A stretch of 64,000 nt of DNA from Minisyncoccota bacterium. GTDB lineage: Bacteria > Patescibacteriota > Minisyncoccia > Phycocordibacterales > SW-6-46-9. The notes under the pieces were generated by a model. The model saw only the letters and a list, made by a program, of their open reading frames with translations, was not told where the DNA came from and did not search any database. Both the position numbers and the translations under genes were made by a program. How positions within the stretch are numbered: the first letter of the stretch is position 1; each line of letters starts with the position of its first letter. The stretch lies in NCBI GenBank assembly GCA_040905385.1, contig JBBDRP010000002.1, forward strand, positions 21,337-85,336, read 5' to 3'. Positions 18,072 to 28,206 of the stretch are shown one piece after another.

Positions 18072-18329
18072 TTAGGCTGCCTTCTTCATATCTGGCTCAT
18101 CATCGTCGGATGCCTGTTCGGCTTCAGCTTCAGCGGCCTGCTGCTTTTCCTTTAGTTTCTGCAGCTTTTCCAACGTTTCCTCGTTTAGAGCCTCGCTCAG
18201 CGGATAGGTACTGTGGCCGGTGCCTTCAGCATCTTTGTAACGCTCAGGATTTCTGCTGAGGCCTTTTTCTTTATTATTTTTCTCCTCTTTGTTGTCAGGA
18301 GTTGGTGACTCAAAGTTTCCAAATTCCAT
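18072..18329 (-). CDS. small acidic hypothetical protein
   Basis: Start is trimmed to MEFGNFESP so it does not overlap the downstream + gene. The C-terminus is E/A/D-rich. Confidence 0.3.
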   Translation of the reverse strand: MEFGNFESPTPDNKEEKNNKEKGLSRNPERYKDAEGTGHSTYPLSEALNEETLEKLQKLKEKQQAAEAEAEQASDDDEPDMKKAA

Positions 18330-18386
18330 ATTATCTGCAGTATAGCACAATTCGCTATCTGCTATAATTGCGGTAAAATTAGACCA

Positions 18387-19187
18387 ATGGAAAATACTAA
18401 CGACAACCAAACCGACGGGGCGGAAGACCGACCGACGCCGGAAGAACTGCTAGGAACCAGCCGTCAGCAGCTGGAACGACAGGGAAAGGAGGTTACCGGC
18501 GAGCTGGTGTACGAAGAGGAAGCCTCCAGTCACACCTTTTTCCAGCTGTATATTGGAATTGCTAGTATTCTACTGGTTATTCTTGGGATTGTGGCGCTGG
18601 GTATCTGGTTTTTCTCCAGCAGTGGCGAGGAGCCGTCAGAGCCCGTCTCAATCACGCCAGAACGCTTCTTTTCTATCTCTGAGCGGACGGAGATTGAGCT
18701 ACTACCCTCAACCAACATCAGCGAAGCAGTCGAAGCGGCCAGTGACCTCGGCCAGCCGACCGGTACCTTTACCCAGATTTACTTTACCCACACCACCGAA
18801 GCAGGGAAGCGACTGGCCGGGGCCGGAGAGCTAATCCGCCGACTCGGAGACGACGGCCGGTCAATCGCTGCGTATCTAGCGAATGATTTTATGTACGGCT
18901 TTTACACCACAGACGATGCGCAGCATCCGTATCTGGTGCTGCGGGTTATCGACTACGAACGCGCCTACGGCACCATGCTACAGGCAGAAGAATCGCTTGT
19001 TGACGCGCTTCGAGCGCTCGGTTTTCCACCGGTTCGCGATTTCAGTGACATTATTGTACAGAATCAGGACGTACGCGTCGCCACCGGAGGCGCCGGCCGA
19101 TCCTTTTTCTACTCATTTCCACGGGGAGATACGCTGGTTATCACCACCGACCAAGCCGTGCTGCGAGAGATATTCAGCCGGCTGTAG
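18387..19187 (+). CDS. hypothetical bitopic membrane protein
   Basis: Single TM helix (IGIASILLVILGIVALGIWFF) with an extracytoplasmic domain. Confidence 0.5.
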   Translation: MENTNDNQTDGAEDRPTPEELLGTSRQQLERQGKEVTGELVYEEEASSHTFFQLYIGIASILLVILGIVALGIWFFSSSGEEPSEPVSITPERFFSISERTEIELLPSTNISEAVEAASDLGQPTGTFTQIYFTHTTEAGKRLAGAGELIRRLGDDGRSIAAYLANDFMYGFYTTDDAQHPYLVLRVIDYERAYGTMLQAEESLVDALRALGFPPVRDFSDIIVQNQDVRVATGGAGRSFFYSFPRGDTLVITTDQAVLREIFSRL

Positions 19188-19229
19188 AGCAGTTGTCTGG
19201 CGGCTGGCACGTGCTACTATATACCCACT

Positions 19230-19640
19230 ATGAAAAACGATATCAACACCGATCACTACAAAAAACTTCTAGAGCAGGAGCAAAAAGAGCTTGAGGAAGA
19301 CCTCGCAACCTTGGGACAGATCAACCCAGACAATGAAAGTGACTGGGAGGTCGTAAAGGAGGATCTGAACGTGATGGATTCTGATCTTAATGAGCTAGCG
19401 GATGAGTTCGAAGAGTTCGAAGAGGACGCCGCAATTCTGAATGAGCTGGAAATCCGTCTCAATGAAGTCAGGCACGCGCTGCGAAAGATTGAAGGGAACG
19501 AGGAAGCCGGCGAGTACGGCATCTGTGAAGTCTCTGGCAAGCCTATTTCAAAAGAAAGGCTGGAGATAAACCCGGCCGCTCGTGCCGGTGCAGAAGATGC
19601 CGACAAGCTGCATCCGTTGTATCCGAATCAAGATAACTAG
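19230..19640 (+). CDS. DksA/TraR-family-like protein
   Basis: Coiled-coil N-terminus and a C-terminal GICEVSGKPISKERLEINPAAR segment resembling the DksA/TraR zinc-finger region, though only one Cys is present. Confidence 0.5.
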   Translation: MKNDINTDHYKKLLEQEQKELEEDLATLGQINPDNESDWEVVKEDLNVMDSDLNELADEFEEFEEDAAILNELEIRLNEVRHALRKIEGNEEAGEYGICEVSGKPISKERLEINPAARAGAEDADKLHPLYPNQDN

Positions 19641-19804
19641 CTTATAGGTTGCTAGCTTCATTAGCTTGTTAGTAAAAAGTTCCTAATTGGGGGCTTTTTT
19701 AATTTATGCTTGACATATTTTATTTCAAATGTACTATATACGCAGAAGTACACGAGTACCTACAAAAATAAAATCACGAAATAAATGACCTAAGGAGGTT
19801 ATCT

Positions 19805-20143
19805 ATGGAAACATTGCTAGATGCTATAGAAAACATTAACACCGAAATAAAGGAAGCTCTGAAGCATAAAAACTATAAGAGCGAATCTAATGAGTTCTTA
19901 GAAAAATGGTTAATGACACAAAAAAGCTACAACATTTTTGCTCATAATTTTAAGTTATTTTCCAAAAACCCTGAAAAAATACCTTTTCATGGCACTGTAG
20001 AAAACATTTTTAAGAATTCTTGGGAGGCATCCAAAAAATACTGGAAGGAATCAGAAGAATCGGCCGCTGTTATAGAATTTAAAATATTCGGAATAGCACA
20101 AAATGCGGCTATTCTCATCAATCAGCACACATCAGGTGATTGA
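19805..20143 (+). CDS. hypothetical protein in AT-rich island
   Basis: Strong SD (AAGGAGG, 8 nt upstream) and its own terminator at 20168-20206. Confidence 0.45.
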   Translation: METLLDAIENINTEIKEALKHKNYKSESNEFLEKWLMTQKSYNIFAHNFKLFSKNPEKIPFHGTVENIFKNSWEASKKYWKESEESAAVIEFKIFGIAQNAAILINQHTSGD

Positions 20144-20245
20144 TATTATTCATTGTTAATTTTTACATCCCGCCGCGTATACAACGCCGGCGGGATTTTT
20201 TTATTGCTCAAATGCTATACTGCGCATACATAAACCACAAAATAT

Positions 20246-21460
20246 ATGTATGAACCTAGCGAGAAAATTTTAGAGAGTTATGCCGATGTGCTGGTGAACT
20301 TTGCGCTTGGTAATGGGCAGGGGATTGCACCGGGAGATGTCGTATACCTGCAGGTTCCCGAAGCAGCCAAGCCGCTTTTTGTCGCCCTTTATAAGGCAAT
20401 TACCAAGGCAGACGGTCATGTCATCAGCCACTACACACCCTGCGTCGATGAGACACATAACCACAAACGTGATTTCTACGAGCATGCTAGCGACGAGCAG
20501 CTCGATCACTTTCCGGAGGGATACTATCGCGGGATAATTGACGAAGCCGACCATATGCTAAAGATCATTGCCGAGACTGATAAGCAGGCGCTAAAAGGAA
20601 TTGATTCCAAAAAGCTCATGAAGCGTGGTAAGGCTAAGCGTCCTTTCTTGGACTGGCGACTTGAAGAGGAGGGGAAGGGCAACCTCAGCTGGACAATTGC
20701 TGCCTACGCCACCCAGGCAGCCGCTGACGAGGCCAACCTAACGCTGGAGGAGTACTGGCAGGAGATCATTCATGCCTGCTACCTGGACATGGACGACCCA
20801 ATCGAGCAGTGGAAGAAAACCGAAGAGAAGATTCAGGCTATTATCGGCAAGCTGAACAATTTAGAAATCCAGACAATCCATATTGAGTCAGAGAATATAG
20901 ATCTGCATGTCAAGATTGGCGACAGGCGCCGGTGGGAAGGTGGTGGTGGCTCCAACATTCCGTCGTATGAGATCTTTACCTCACCCGACTGGCGCGGCAC
21001 CGAGGGAACCATTGCCTTCAACCAGCCACTGTATCGCTACGGCAACCTGATTAAAGGTATCAAGCTTACATTCGAGGAAGGGAAGGTGGTCGAGGCGAGC
21101 GCCGAGGAGAATGAACAGGTCTTGCGCGATATGATCGCCACCGACGGGGCGGACAAGGTCGGTGAGTTTTCGCTGACAGATCGTCGCTTCTCGCGGATAG
21201 GTAAGTTTATGGCCGAGACACTTTTCGATGAGAATACCGGTGCCGAACACGGCAACACCCACATCGCCCTCGGCCAGTCCTACAAAAGCTGTCTGGACGG
21301 CGATGAAAGCGAGTTGAGTGATGAAGACTGGGGGGAGCTGGGCTTTAACAACTCATCGGTTCATACCGATATCATCTCAACCGAGCCGAGAGTTGCCACC
21401 GCCACACTAAAGGACGGGTCAGAGGTGGTTATTTATAAAAACGGTGAATTTTGTATCTAA
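20246..21460 (+). CDS. aminopeptidase, M29 (AmpS/PepS) family
   Basis: Length and ...EHGNTHIALGQSY... fit M29 thermophilic-type aminopeptidases. Confidence 0.8.
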   Translation: MYEPSEKILESYADVLVNFALGNGQGIAPGDVVYLQVPEAAKPLFVALYKAITKADGHVISHYTPCVDETHNHKRDFYEHASDEQLDHFPEGYYRGIIDEADHMLKIIAETDKQALKGIDSKKLMKRGKAKRPFLDWRLEEEGKGNLSWTIAAYATQAAADEANLTLEEYWQEIIHACYLDMDDPIEQWKKTEEKIQAIIGKLNNLEIQTIHIESENIDLHVKIGDRRRWEGGGGSNIPSYEIFTSPDWRGTEGTIAFNQPLYRYGNLIKGIKLTFEEGKVVEASAEENEQVLRDMIATDGADKVGEFSLTDRRFSRIGKFMAETLFDENTGAEHGNTHIALGQSYKSCLDGDESELSDEDWGELGFNNSSVHTDIISTEPRVATATLKDGSEVVIYKNGEFCI

Positions 21461-21596
21461 AACAGACAGTGATCTGCGAAAATACGTGCCTCATTGATTC
21501 GTTTGATTTGGTGGTTAAATAGAAGCAATAGAACGTGTAACGTGTAGCTTATATCACTGTAAAAAGTGCCTAACTTAAGTGCTTTTATGTTATTTT

Positions 21597-21735
21597 ATCA
21601 TCAAACGGAGTGAGCGATATGAACACTTGTATTTATATCCGAGCGGAGTGCAGATAGACAAATAAATAATCGTACTTTAGGCATAGCCTCAAAGTACGAA
21701 AGAGGCTGTAGACTCTTCATGAGTAATCTTTGATT
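21597..21735 (+). repeat. left arm of ~130-bp inverted repeat pair
   Basis: TCAAACGGAGTGAGCGATATGAACACTTGTATTTATATCCGAGCGGAGTGCAGATAGACAAATAAATAAT is the reverse complement of 26188-26256 (~95%). Flanking modules are an internal hairpin and TTATTTATTTGACA. Confidence 0.7.
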
Positions 21736-21825
21736 ATTTATTTGACAGAATATTTTTATAAATGTATTATAATAGTTAGAAATCGAGCAGTTTTTAAAAT
21801 AGAATACCAACCAAACCCGAACGAA

Positions 21826-22701
21826 ATGAAACGACTAAAAACTACCGTAACCCTGGTACTCATTGGAATGCTGGCAACGTTTTTTGTTGAGCAGGTTAAA
21901 GCTCAACCAAACCGAGTAATCAACCTTAATGATTCGACTCTTATCGTTGCCCACAACAACACAATCGCCAGGGCAGGTGTTGAAGACTGGGCAGCCATAG
22001 CAACAGAGAGATCACTTTTAGAACTTTCTAATTCTGAAATTATCGAACTTTTTCAGACCCGTAAGGTGACCCAAAAAGGTTCATGGACACACCGCATTGA
22101 GAAAGAGCTATTGCCTGTATTGCGTGGAAATGAGATGGATGTATTCACTCACTGGGAAATCACTAATGGTTTTCTTGAGACAAGAAATGAAGACGTTATC
22201 ACTGCAAAAAATCAGGTAAACAAGCCGGGAACCATCGCCTTCTGGCTTGGTCTTTTATCTGGAGCATTGATGATATTTTTTCTTCTTATACCACCAAGAC
22301 AAGAAGTGAGTGGGTATAAAATTAGAAGGATATACGCATCTGTAAGCCTGACGCATATTACGTCATTAGCTGGTCTTGCCGGCCTTGGAAGGCTGTATGA
22401 AGTATTTCCATCTCAGTTGATGTCAATTGGAATTACCTTAGGCTTTCTTGGCATGATGTTCGTTTCATCTCTACCTATCGTATCTGCAAGTGATAAGCTA
22501 AAACGAGGCGCTGGCTTGGTAGTAACGAGTTTAGGATTATTTACTTTTCTTGGACTCGTTATTCTGGCAGTTCCAGGCAAACTCAGCTTAGCAGTCTTGG
22601 TATTGGCGGGATTATTATTTTTCGCTGGTTATCTTGTTACTGAAGCAGTAATAGCATTTACACCGGAAGAAAGAGAAAAGGCTTTAGCTGAAACTCATTA
22701 A
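21826..22701 (+). CDS. hypothetical polytopic membrane protein
   Basis: Start at MKRLKTTVTL; multiple hydrophobic helices. Confidence 0.5.
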   Translation: MKRLKTTVTLVLIGMLATFFVEQVKAQPNRVINLNDSTLIVAHNNTIARAGVEDWAAIATERSLLELSNSEIIELFQTRKVTQKGSWTHRIEKELLPVLRGNEMDVFTHWEITNGFLETRNEDVITAKNQVNKPGTIAFWLGLLSGALMIFFLLIPPRQEVSGYKIRRIYASVSLTHITSLAGLAGLGRLYEVFPSQLMSIGITLGFLGMMFVSSLPIVSASDKLKRGAGLVVTSLGLFTFLGLVILAVPGKLSLAVLVLAGLLFFAGYLVTEAVIAFTPEEREKALAETH

Positions 22702-22856
22702 AATATTAATCAAAGTATACGGACCACATTCGCAAACGCGGATGTGGTCTTTCTTATGGATAAACCCACCTGCGCAGACAACTCCTTACTAGAAGCGCAA
22801 GGAGTCGCCGACATTCTTGGCAATAGTGTTTTTTGCTAACAAATACCTAGTAGGAA

Positions 22857-23696
22857 TTACTCACCAAAGTAATTATCTGTCGAGTTATCAGATTCAGCTT
22901 CCGGGAGTTTAGCACCATCAATCGGCCGCAGTGTGGCAGCAATCACCTCCGCTACCTCCTGCGCATTACCTGAATCTAAATCCTGCATGGAAAGACCGTA
23001 CCAGTTGTTATGCGTCCATACCTGAAGTAGTGACTCACCTTGTGGGCTACTAGACCAAAAACCTTCAGCGTAGTCAGTCTGGAAGTGGTAAACCTGGGCG
23101 GTAGAAGAAAGCATATTTCCAGCCTTCAGAATAATAGCGTAAGCCCGCAGCTGGGCTTCTTCTGATGTCGCGGCAGCCGCCACATCATCCGGTGTTACAG
23201 AGAAAACGTACTTCATCATCTCGTATTCACTAAAACCTTCTCCAAGCTTATCCGTAAAAAGCTCCAGTGAGGAGGCCTGTCCTGGCAGCTGATCTTCGTC
23301 CATCTCCATAAGAAAATCCTGCGAAGTCTCGTAATCATCAGCATCTCGAGAACTACTCATAATCACCATTTCCTGACCATTCGGAAACTCTAGCATAGCA
23401 GCTGTTTCACGATCATCCGTTACCTCACCAGCACCCCACGGCGTTGCAAAGAAGATGCCCACGGCTTCGGTACGCGGATACTCATCCTGAACAGTAGACA
23501 AATCAAGCTCCTTCAGCTCGTAGTGAAGAGCTCGTTGATTTTCCTCTGAACGTTCCTGCATAATTTGCTGTATCTCCGCAGCCGCTGCGTCTATTTGTGA
23601 CTGCGAAGAATTACCGAAAAAGTACCACCCGGCGCCAGCTACTACCACGAGAATGATTACCGAGATTGTTACTGTGATTGTTTTATTCATATACAT
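22857..23696 (-). CDS. hypothetical secreted/anchored protein
   Basis: N-terminal TM/signal sequence (ITVTISVIILVVVAGAGWYFF). Confidence 0.5.
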   Translation of the reverse strand: MYMNKTITVTISVIILVVVAGAGWYFFGNSSQSQIDAAAAEIQQIMQERSEENQRALHYELKELDLSTVQDEYPRTEAVGIFFATPWGAGEVTDDRETAAMLEFPNGQEMVIMSSSRDADDYETSQDFLMEMDEDQLPGQASSLELFTDKLGEGFSEYEMMKYVFSVTPDDVAAAATSEEAQLRAYAIILKAGNMLSSTAQVYHFQTDYAEGFWSSSPQGESLLQVWTHNNWYGLSMQDLDSGNAQEVAEVIAATLRPIDGAKLPEAESDNSTDNYFGE

Positions 23697-23815
23697 CTAG
23701 CTTAGCATGCAGAACTTGATTCATGCGCAAGATAGGGGCTTTACGCGTTTGTTGTATATCTTACGCTACACGTTACACGTTTTGCGATATGCGCTACATG
23801 CTACACTAAATACTA

Positions 23816-25381
23816 ATGACGAAGGGTGGCGACAACGAGACGCCGGACATAAAGGGCTTTGCAACGGTCAAAGCCGCCCAGACCTCCATGCTCCAGACGC
23901 AGACGATTGATATCGAGGTTGATATCCTGCGTGGACTGCACTCCTTTACCGTCGTTGGCCTGGCCGGCAAAGCAGTAGATGAGTCTCGCGACCGTGTCTC
24001 GGCTGCGATTAAGAACGCTGGGTTTGAGACCCCGAAAAAGAAGAATCAGAAGGTCGTCATCGCCCTGGCACCGGCCGATATCAAGAAAAGCGGGCCGGTT
24101 TTTGACCTCGCCATCGCCATCTGCTACCTGCTGGCCGACCGGCAGATCAAGGCTGACCTAGCCGATACACTCCTCTTGGGTGAGCTGTCGCTGGACGGCA
24201 AGCTGCGGCCGATCAATGGTGTGCTACCACTAACCCAGCACGCTAAAGAGGAAGGTTTCACCAGTGTTGTGGTTCCCCGAGCCAATGCCGAGGAGGCAGC
24301 ACTGATCGACGGGATTGATGTCCTGGCTGCCGAGACGCTGAAAGAAGTAATTGACCACGTCGATAGTGAGAAAGCGGCAAAAATACAGCCAGAGCCTCCC
24401 ACCGAGATAGAGCACGAGGCGCCGAAACATGCGGTCGACTTTGCTGATGTGCGCGGCAACCAGACGGCCAAGCGGGGGTTGGAGATTGCAGCAGCCGGCG
24501 GGCACAACATCCTGCTTTTTGGACCACCCGGGACAGGGAAGACGATGCTGGCCCGTGCCTTCTCCTCGATCCTGCCACCGCTGGAGACCGAGGCGGCGCT
24601 GGAAGTGACCGGGATCCACTCGGCAGCTGGTGAGACAGATAAAACACTGATTACGCATCCACCATACCGAGCGCCGCATCATACGGCCAGCTACGTCGCA
24701 GTGGCCGGTGGTGGCACCGTTCCCAAGCCTGGGGAGGTAACGCTGGCCCATCGCGGCGTACTTTTCCTGGATGAGTTTCCAGAGTTCTCTCGCCGTGTTA
24801 TCGAGGCGCTACGCCAGCCGCTGGAGGACAAGTTGGTGCGAATTACTCGTTCACGAGCCAAGGCTGAGTTTCCGGCCAACTTTATCCTCTTGGCGGCGAT
24901 GAACCCGTGCCCGTGCGGTAACTTCGGCTCGGAGGGCAAGGAGTGCACCTGCAGCCCACAAGCCCGCGAGAAGTATAAGCGCAAGATCAGCGGCCCGATT
25001 CTAGACCGGATTGATATGTGGATCGAGGTTGCCGAGGTCGAGCACGAGAAGCTGGCCGAGGCAGCCGACGGCGAACCGAGCGAGGCTGTTCGCCAACGTG
25101 TGCAAGCTGCTCGCGACCAGCAGTCAAGCCGATTCAGCAACGCTGGCGCCAGCACCAACAGCGACATGACCGCTGCTGACATCGACGAATACATTGATTT
25201 AGATAAAAAGACAAAGAAGCTCTTGACCCAGTCGGCCCAGAAGCTGGATCTCTCTGCCCGCGGGCATCACAAGGCGGTCAAGCTAGCCCGCACCATCGCC
25301 GACCTGGATGATAGTAACAACATTACCCAGGAGCACCTGCTGGAGGCCCTGCAGTACCGACCGAAGAGCTGGAGCGCGTAG
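23816..25381 (+). CDS. comM: Mg-chelatase-like AAA+ protein YifB/ComM
   Basis: N-terminal domain (VVGLAGKAVDESRDRV...LAPADIKKSGPVFDLAIAI), Walker A (LLFGPPGTGKTML), and Cys cluster CPCGNFGSEGKECTC. The true start may be upstream via a non-ATG codon. Confidence 0.85.
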   Translation: MTKGGDNETPDIKGFATVKAAQTSMLQTQTIDIEVDILRGLHSFTVVGLAGKAVDESRDRVSAAIKNAGFETPKKKNQKVVIALAPADIKKSGPVFDLAIAICYLLADRQIKADLADTLLLGELSLDGKLRPINGVLPLTQHAKEEGFTSVVVPRANAEEAALIDGIDVLAAETLKEVIDHVDSEKAAKIQPEPPTEIEHEAPKHAVDFADVRGNQTAKRGLEIAAAGGHNILLFGPPGTGKTMLARAFSSILPPLETEAALEVTGIHSAAGETDKTLITHPPYRAPHHTASYVAVAGGGTVPKPGEVTLAHRGVLFLDEFPEFSRRVIEALRQPLEDKLVRITRSRAKAEFPANFILLAAMNPCPCGNFGSEGKECTCSPQAREKYKRKISGPILDRIDMWIEVAEVEHEKLAEAADGEPSEAVRQRVQAARDQQSSRFSNAGASTNSDMTAADIDEYIDLDKKTKKLLTQSAQKLDLSARGHHKAVKLARTIADLDDSNNITQEHLLEALQYRPKSWSA

Positions 25382-25628
25382 AAAATTACTAATTTGTAGT
25401 ATCCAGCAAAAAAAGACCAAGCTGGGAAATCCAGTCGGTCTTATGGATTAGTGTTTTGATCAAGCTGATCAGATTAACCAGACAAGATATATAAAACAAA
25501 TTATAATAATACATACCGAAAAAAACACGGTATAGGCCAGATAATTAGGATGGCGTGGTTTCATTTCTGGATGCTCGTACTTTTTTTCTTCTTTCATTCT
25601 TCTCCTTTCTTTTCGTTTCTGTTTTAAT

Positions 25629-26057
25629 TTAGTTTCCCATCACGAATTCGACAGACAGGCTATCGTGTTCCTCTGTTCCCGTGTAAGCAACGATCTTTAC
25701 GTCAAGAAGAAAATCTTCATTTGTGTAATAGCGCTTTACGGATATTCTGCCAATTTTCTCAGCTACAAATTGTAGGCTATCAGTCCAGAGAATGATTTCC
25801 ATCTCTTCTTTGTCCCGGTCAATAATTGATCGTTCCGGAGCGTTGATAATGAGATTTTGCACAGAATCTATGTGAGAGATTTGCTTTTCGGTTAGTTCAG
25901 TATCAGTGGTTGATCCAGAGAATATGTAAAATATCCCAGATAACACCACGATAACAAGGATTGCAAATATAACTGGTGCTGGTGAATTGTGTGAGATTGG
26001 GTATATTTCTGAGTCAGCAGTTGGGCGGTTCATTCCAAAATTTGGCATTTTGATCAC
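25629..26057 (-). CDS. hypothetical bitopic membrane protein
   Basis: TM helix PAPVIFAILVIVVLSGIFYIF. Confidence 0.4.
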   Translation of the reverse strand: MIKMPNFGMNRPTADSEIYPISHNSPAPVIFAILVIVVLSGIFYIFSGSTTDTELTEKQISHIDSVQNLIINAPERSIIDRDKEEMEIILWTDSLQFVAEKIGRISVKRYYTNEDFLLDVKIVAYTGTEEHDSLSVEFVMGN

Positions 26058-26129
26058 CTATGTTTTTTGTTCGTATTTTTGTTAGGGTGCTTCTGGGTAT
26101 TATAGTACTGGTATAAAAGTATTTTGTCA

Positions 26130-26345
26130 AACAAATAAGGAGGCTGGCCTTGAGAGTCAAAGACTCTTACATCCGCACGGCGGATGTTTATTTGTTTGTC
26201 TATCTGCACTCCGTTCGGATATAAATACAAGTGTTCATATCGCTCACTCCGTTTGAAGAGTAGATTGGGAATCTACCTACCTTCACTTCGTTCGGACATG
26301 CAAATATATTCGCATGTCGCTCACTCCGATTGGTAGTCAAGTACT
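26130..26345 (-). repeat. right arm of inverted repeat pair plus a tandem related unit
   Basis: 26188-26256 is the reverse complement of 21601-21670. 26262-26340 is a second ~80-bp unit sharing CACTYCGTTCGGA...TCGCTCACTCCG. The internal hairpins differ between arms (CATCCGCCGTGCGGATG versus CGTACTTTAGGCATAGCCTCAAAGTACG). Confidence 0.7.
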
Positions 26346-26571
26346 TTCTTCTTAAGGTAATTTTATATATTAAATATTAACGGGGCGAAGGTTGTAATTT
26401 TGCTAGCCTTATATTAATAAAACCCATCGCCACGTCTGACGTGGTGATGGGCGGCTTTCTTTGGTTAAATTGCTTATCTGGCTAAATATTAATAAACCCA
26501 ACGAATCAATGAGGTACAGATGTTAGCACTTCACTGCCTGCTATAGATAGCTTAATAACAAAAGCCGCCGT

Positions 26572-26602
26572 CGCGGAGACGGTGGCTTTCCCGAAGCACT
26601 CA
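26572..26602 (-). terminator. rho-independent terminator after M23 peptidase gene
   Basis: The minus strand reads GGAAAGCCACCGTCTCCGCGACGGCGGCTTTTGTTATT. Confidence 0.5.
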
Positions 26603-26645
26603 AGTGCGCTCAAATGTATAAGTATTAAAAAATGTGGTAGATATC

Positions 26646-27713
26646 CTAGCTACCGCACCGCGTCCGCAACCCACAACTCGCGAACGGGTTATGCGCACCA
26701 CGAATCTCGAAGTGAAGGTGAGGACCGGTCGAGCGACCAGATGAGCCAATGTAGCCGATCACCTGACCGGCAACTACATTCTGACCACGAGACACAATAA
26801 TACTCGATAGATGAGAGTACAGCGTTCGGGTGCCATTTGGATGCTCGATAACAATGAACTTGCCATATCCACCATTCCAACCACTATTTACACTAGTAAT
26901 CACACGCCCAGAAGCAGCAGCAACAATAGAGGTACCACTCGGTGCCCCAAAGTCAACGGCGTTGTAGCCGTGCAGTCGCTGCGTCACCACCGAACCTGGT
27001 ACAGGATGGATGTAGTATCCGCTGGAAACAGCTGTTGTTTGTGTTGGTGTTACTGCACCACCACCGGCTACCTGCACGCTGCTTCGCGCCTGCGTTGGCT
27101 GCGTCTGTTCCGGCATCTCACCGCCTGGTACATCGATGATAGCACCAACCGACAACACATCATCTTCATCAAGCTGATTGTACTCACGAATATCATCCAC
27201 TGATACATCGTACCGATCAGCAATAGAGGAGATAGTATCGCCCTCCTCAGCTTCATGACGAACCCCAGATACCGGTAGAATTACCAGTACGTCACCCGGG
27301 CTGATGCTGCCGCCGGAAATATTGTTCGCCCACACAATGGTATCGACAGACACCCGGAACATCTCGGCCACCTCACTGAGAGTGTCGCCTTCACGCACTA
27401 CATAGATGCTAGCCTGCTTGCTGGAATTATAATGATGTGACTCGGCCAGCTCGTCACTTTGTGGACTCTGCGGTGCCACCACCGCTGCATCACCAATCAC
27501 CTCGATGGCTGGACCACCGGTTGCGTCAGAAAGACTAAACATCTCGCCAACCGGCTGCAGCGCCATCGTCTGGAGATTGCCATCAGACTGATTGCTGCCG
27601 ACGGTATGAGCAGAGGAAGGGGTGCCACCCAACGCCATGAGACCAACAGCAAAAGCGCCAATTGCCGCCAGGGCGATAATCGATAGTAGTGATCGGTATG
27701 TCTGCTGAGGCAA
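26646..27713 (-). CDS. secreted M23 family metallopeptidase with two LysM domains
   Basis: Signal/TM at the N-terminus, two LysM repeats (GDTLSEVAEMFRVSVDTIVWAN; GDTISSIADRYDVSVDDIREYN), and the C-terminal M23 motif SSGRSTGPHLHFEIR. Confidence 0.85.
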   Translation of the reverse strand: MPQQTYRSLLSIIALAAIGAFAVGLMALGGTPSSAHTVGSNQSDGNLQTMALQPVGEMFSLSDATGGPAIEVIGDAAVVAPQSPQSDELAESHHYNSSKQASIYVVREGDTLSEVAEMFRVSVDTIVWANNISGGSISPGDVLVILPVSGVRHEAEEGDTISSIADRYDVSVDDIREYNQLDEDDVLSVGAIIDVPGGEMPEQTQPTQARSSVQVAGGGAVTPTQTTAVSSGYYIHPVPGSVVTQRLHGYNAVDFGAPSGTSIVAAASGRVITSVNSGWNGGYGKFIVIEHPNGTRTLYSHLSSIIVSRGQNVVAGQVIGYIGSSGRSTGPHLHFEIRGAHNPFASCGLRTRCGS

Positions 27714-28206
27714 ATGATGTGGTTCCTCAGCGTTCTGTATAGATGGTTTAATAGGTCAGAATAAGTAAGCAGATTGGCGGTATTTTCAGGAATCGGTCAA
27801 TCACATTCGGGCTTTCGGGGGTCGGGACAGTAATGAGCTTATTACGTACACAAGGGTGATTATAGCTAGCTCATATTCGCTGTCAACCCCGTTAGAAAAT
27901 TACTTTTTGTGTATAAGTTTATACCTATAGATAACCCAACAAACACCATTTTTTAATATATCAGAGCGTCGTCAGTAATTCTCTAACGGGGTCAAGGAGT
28001 ATCTGTGGATTCAATATCCGCCGGATATTTTCGAAAAAATACTGAAGTGGGGGTATAAGACTGGCGCCACGTTAGAAGTGGTGCCAGTCGGCTTACCGGA
28101 GTAAAGATTTCTTATCTAGCGAAACATTAATTACTCCAACGACTCAAGTCGGTAACTATTTTCGTGCATTAAAAGACTCCATAGATGATAAGTGTTACAG
28201 TAGTCC

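Noticed and set aside
24124-25194. Long antisense ORFs inside comM (24124-24510, 24230-24751, 24258-24647, 24691-25194), and similar ones inside the pcrA, 1042-aa and VirB6-like genes.
   Set aside because: These are typical GC-rich antisense open frames and have no independent support.
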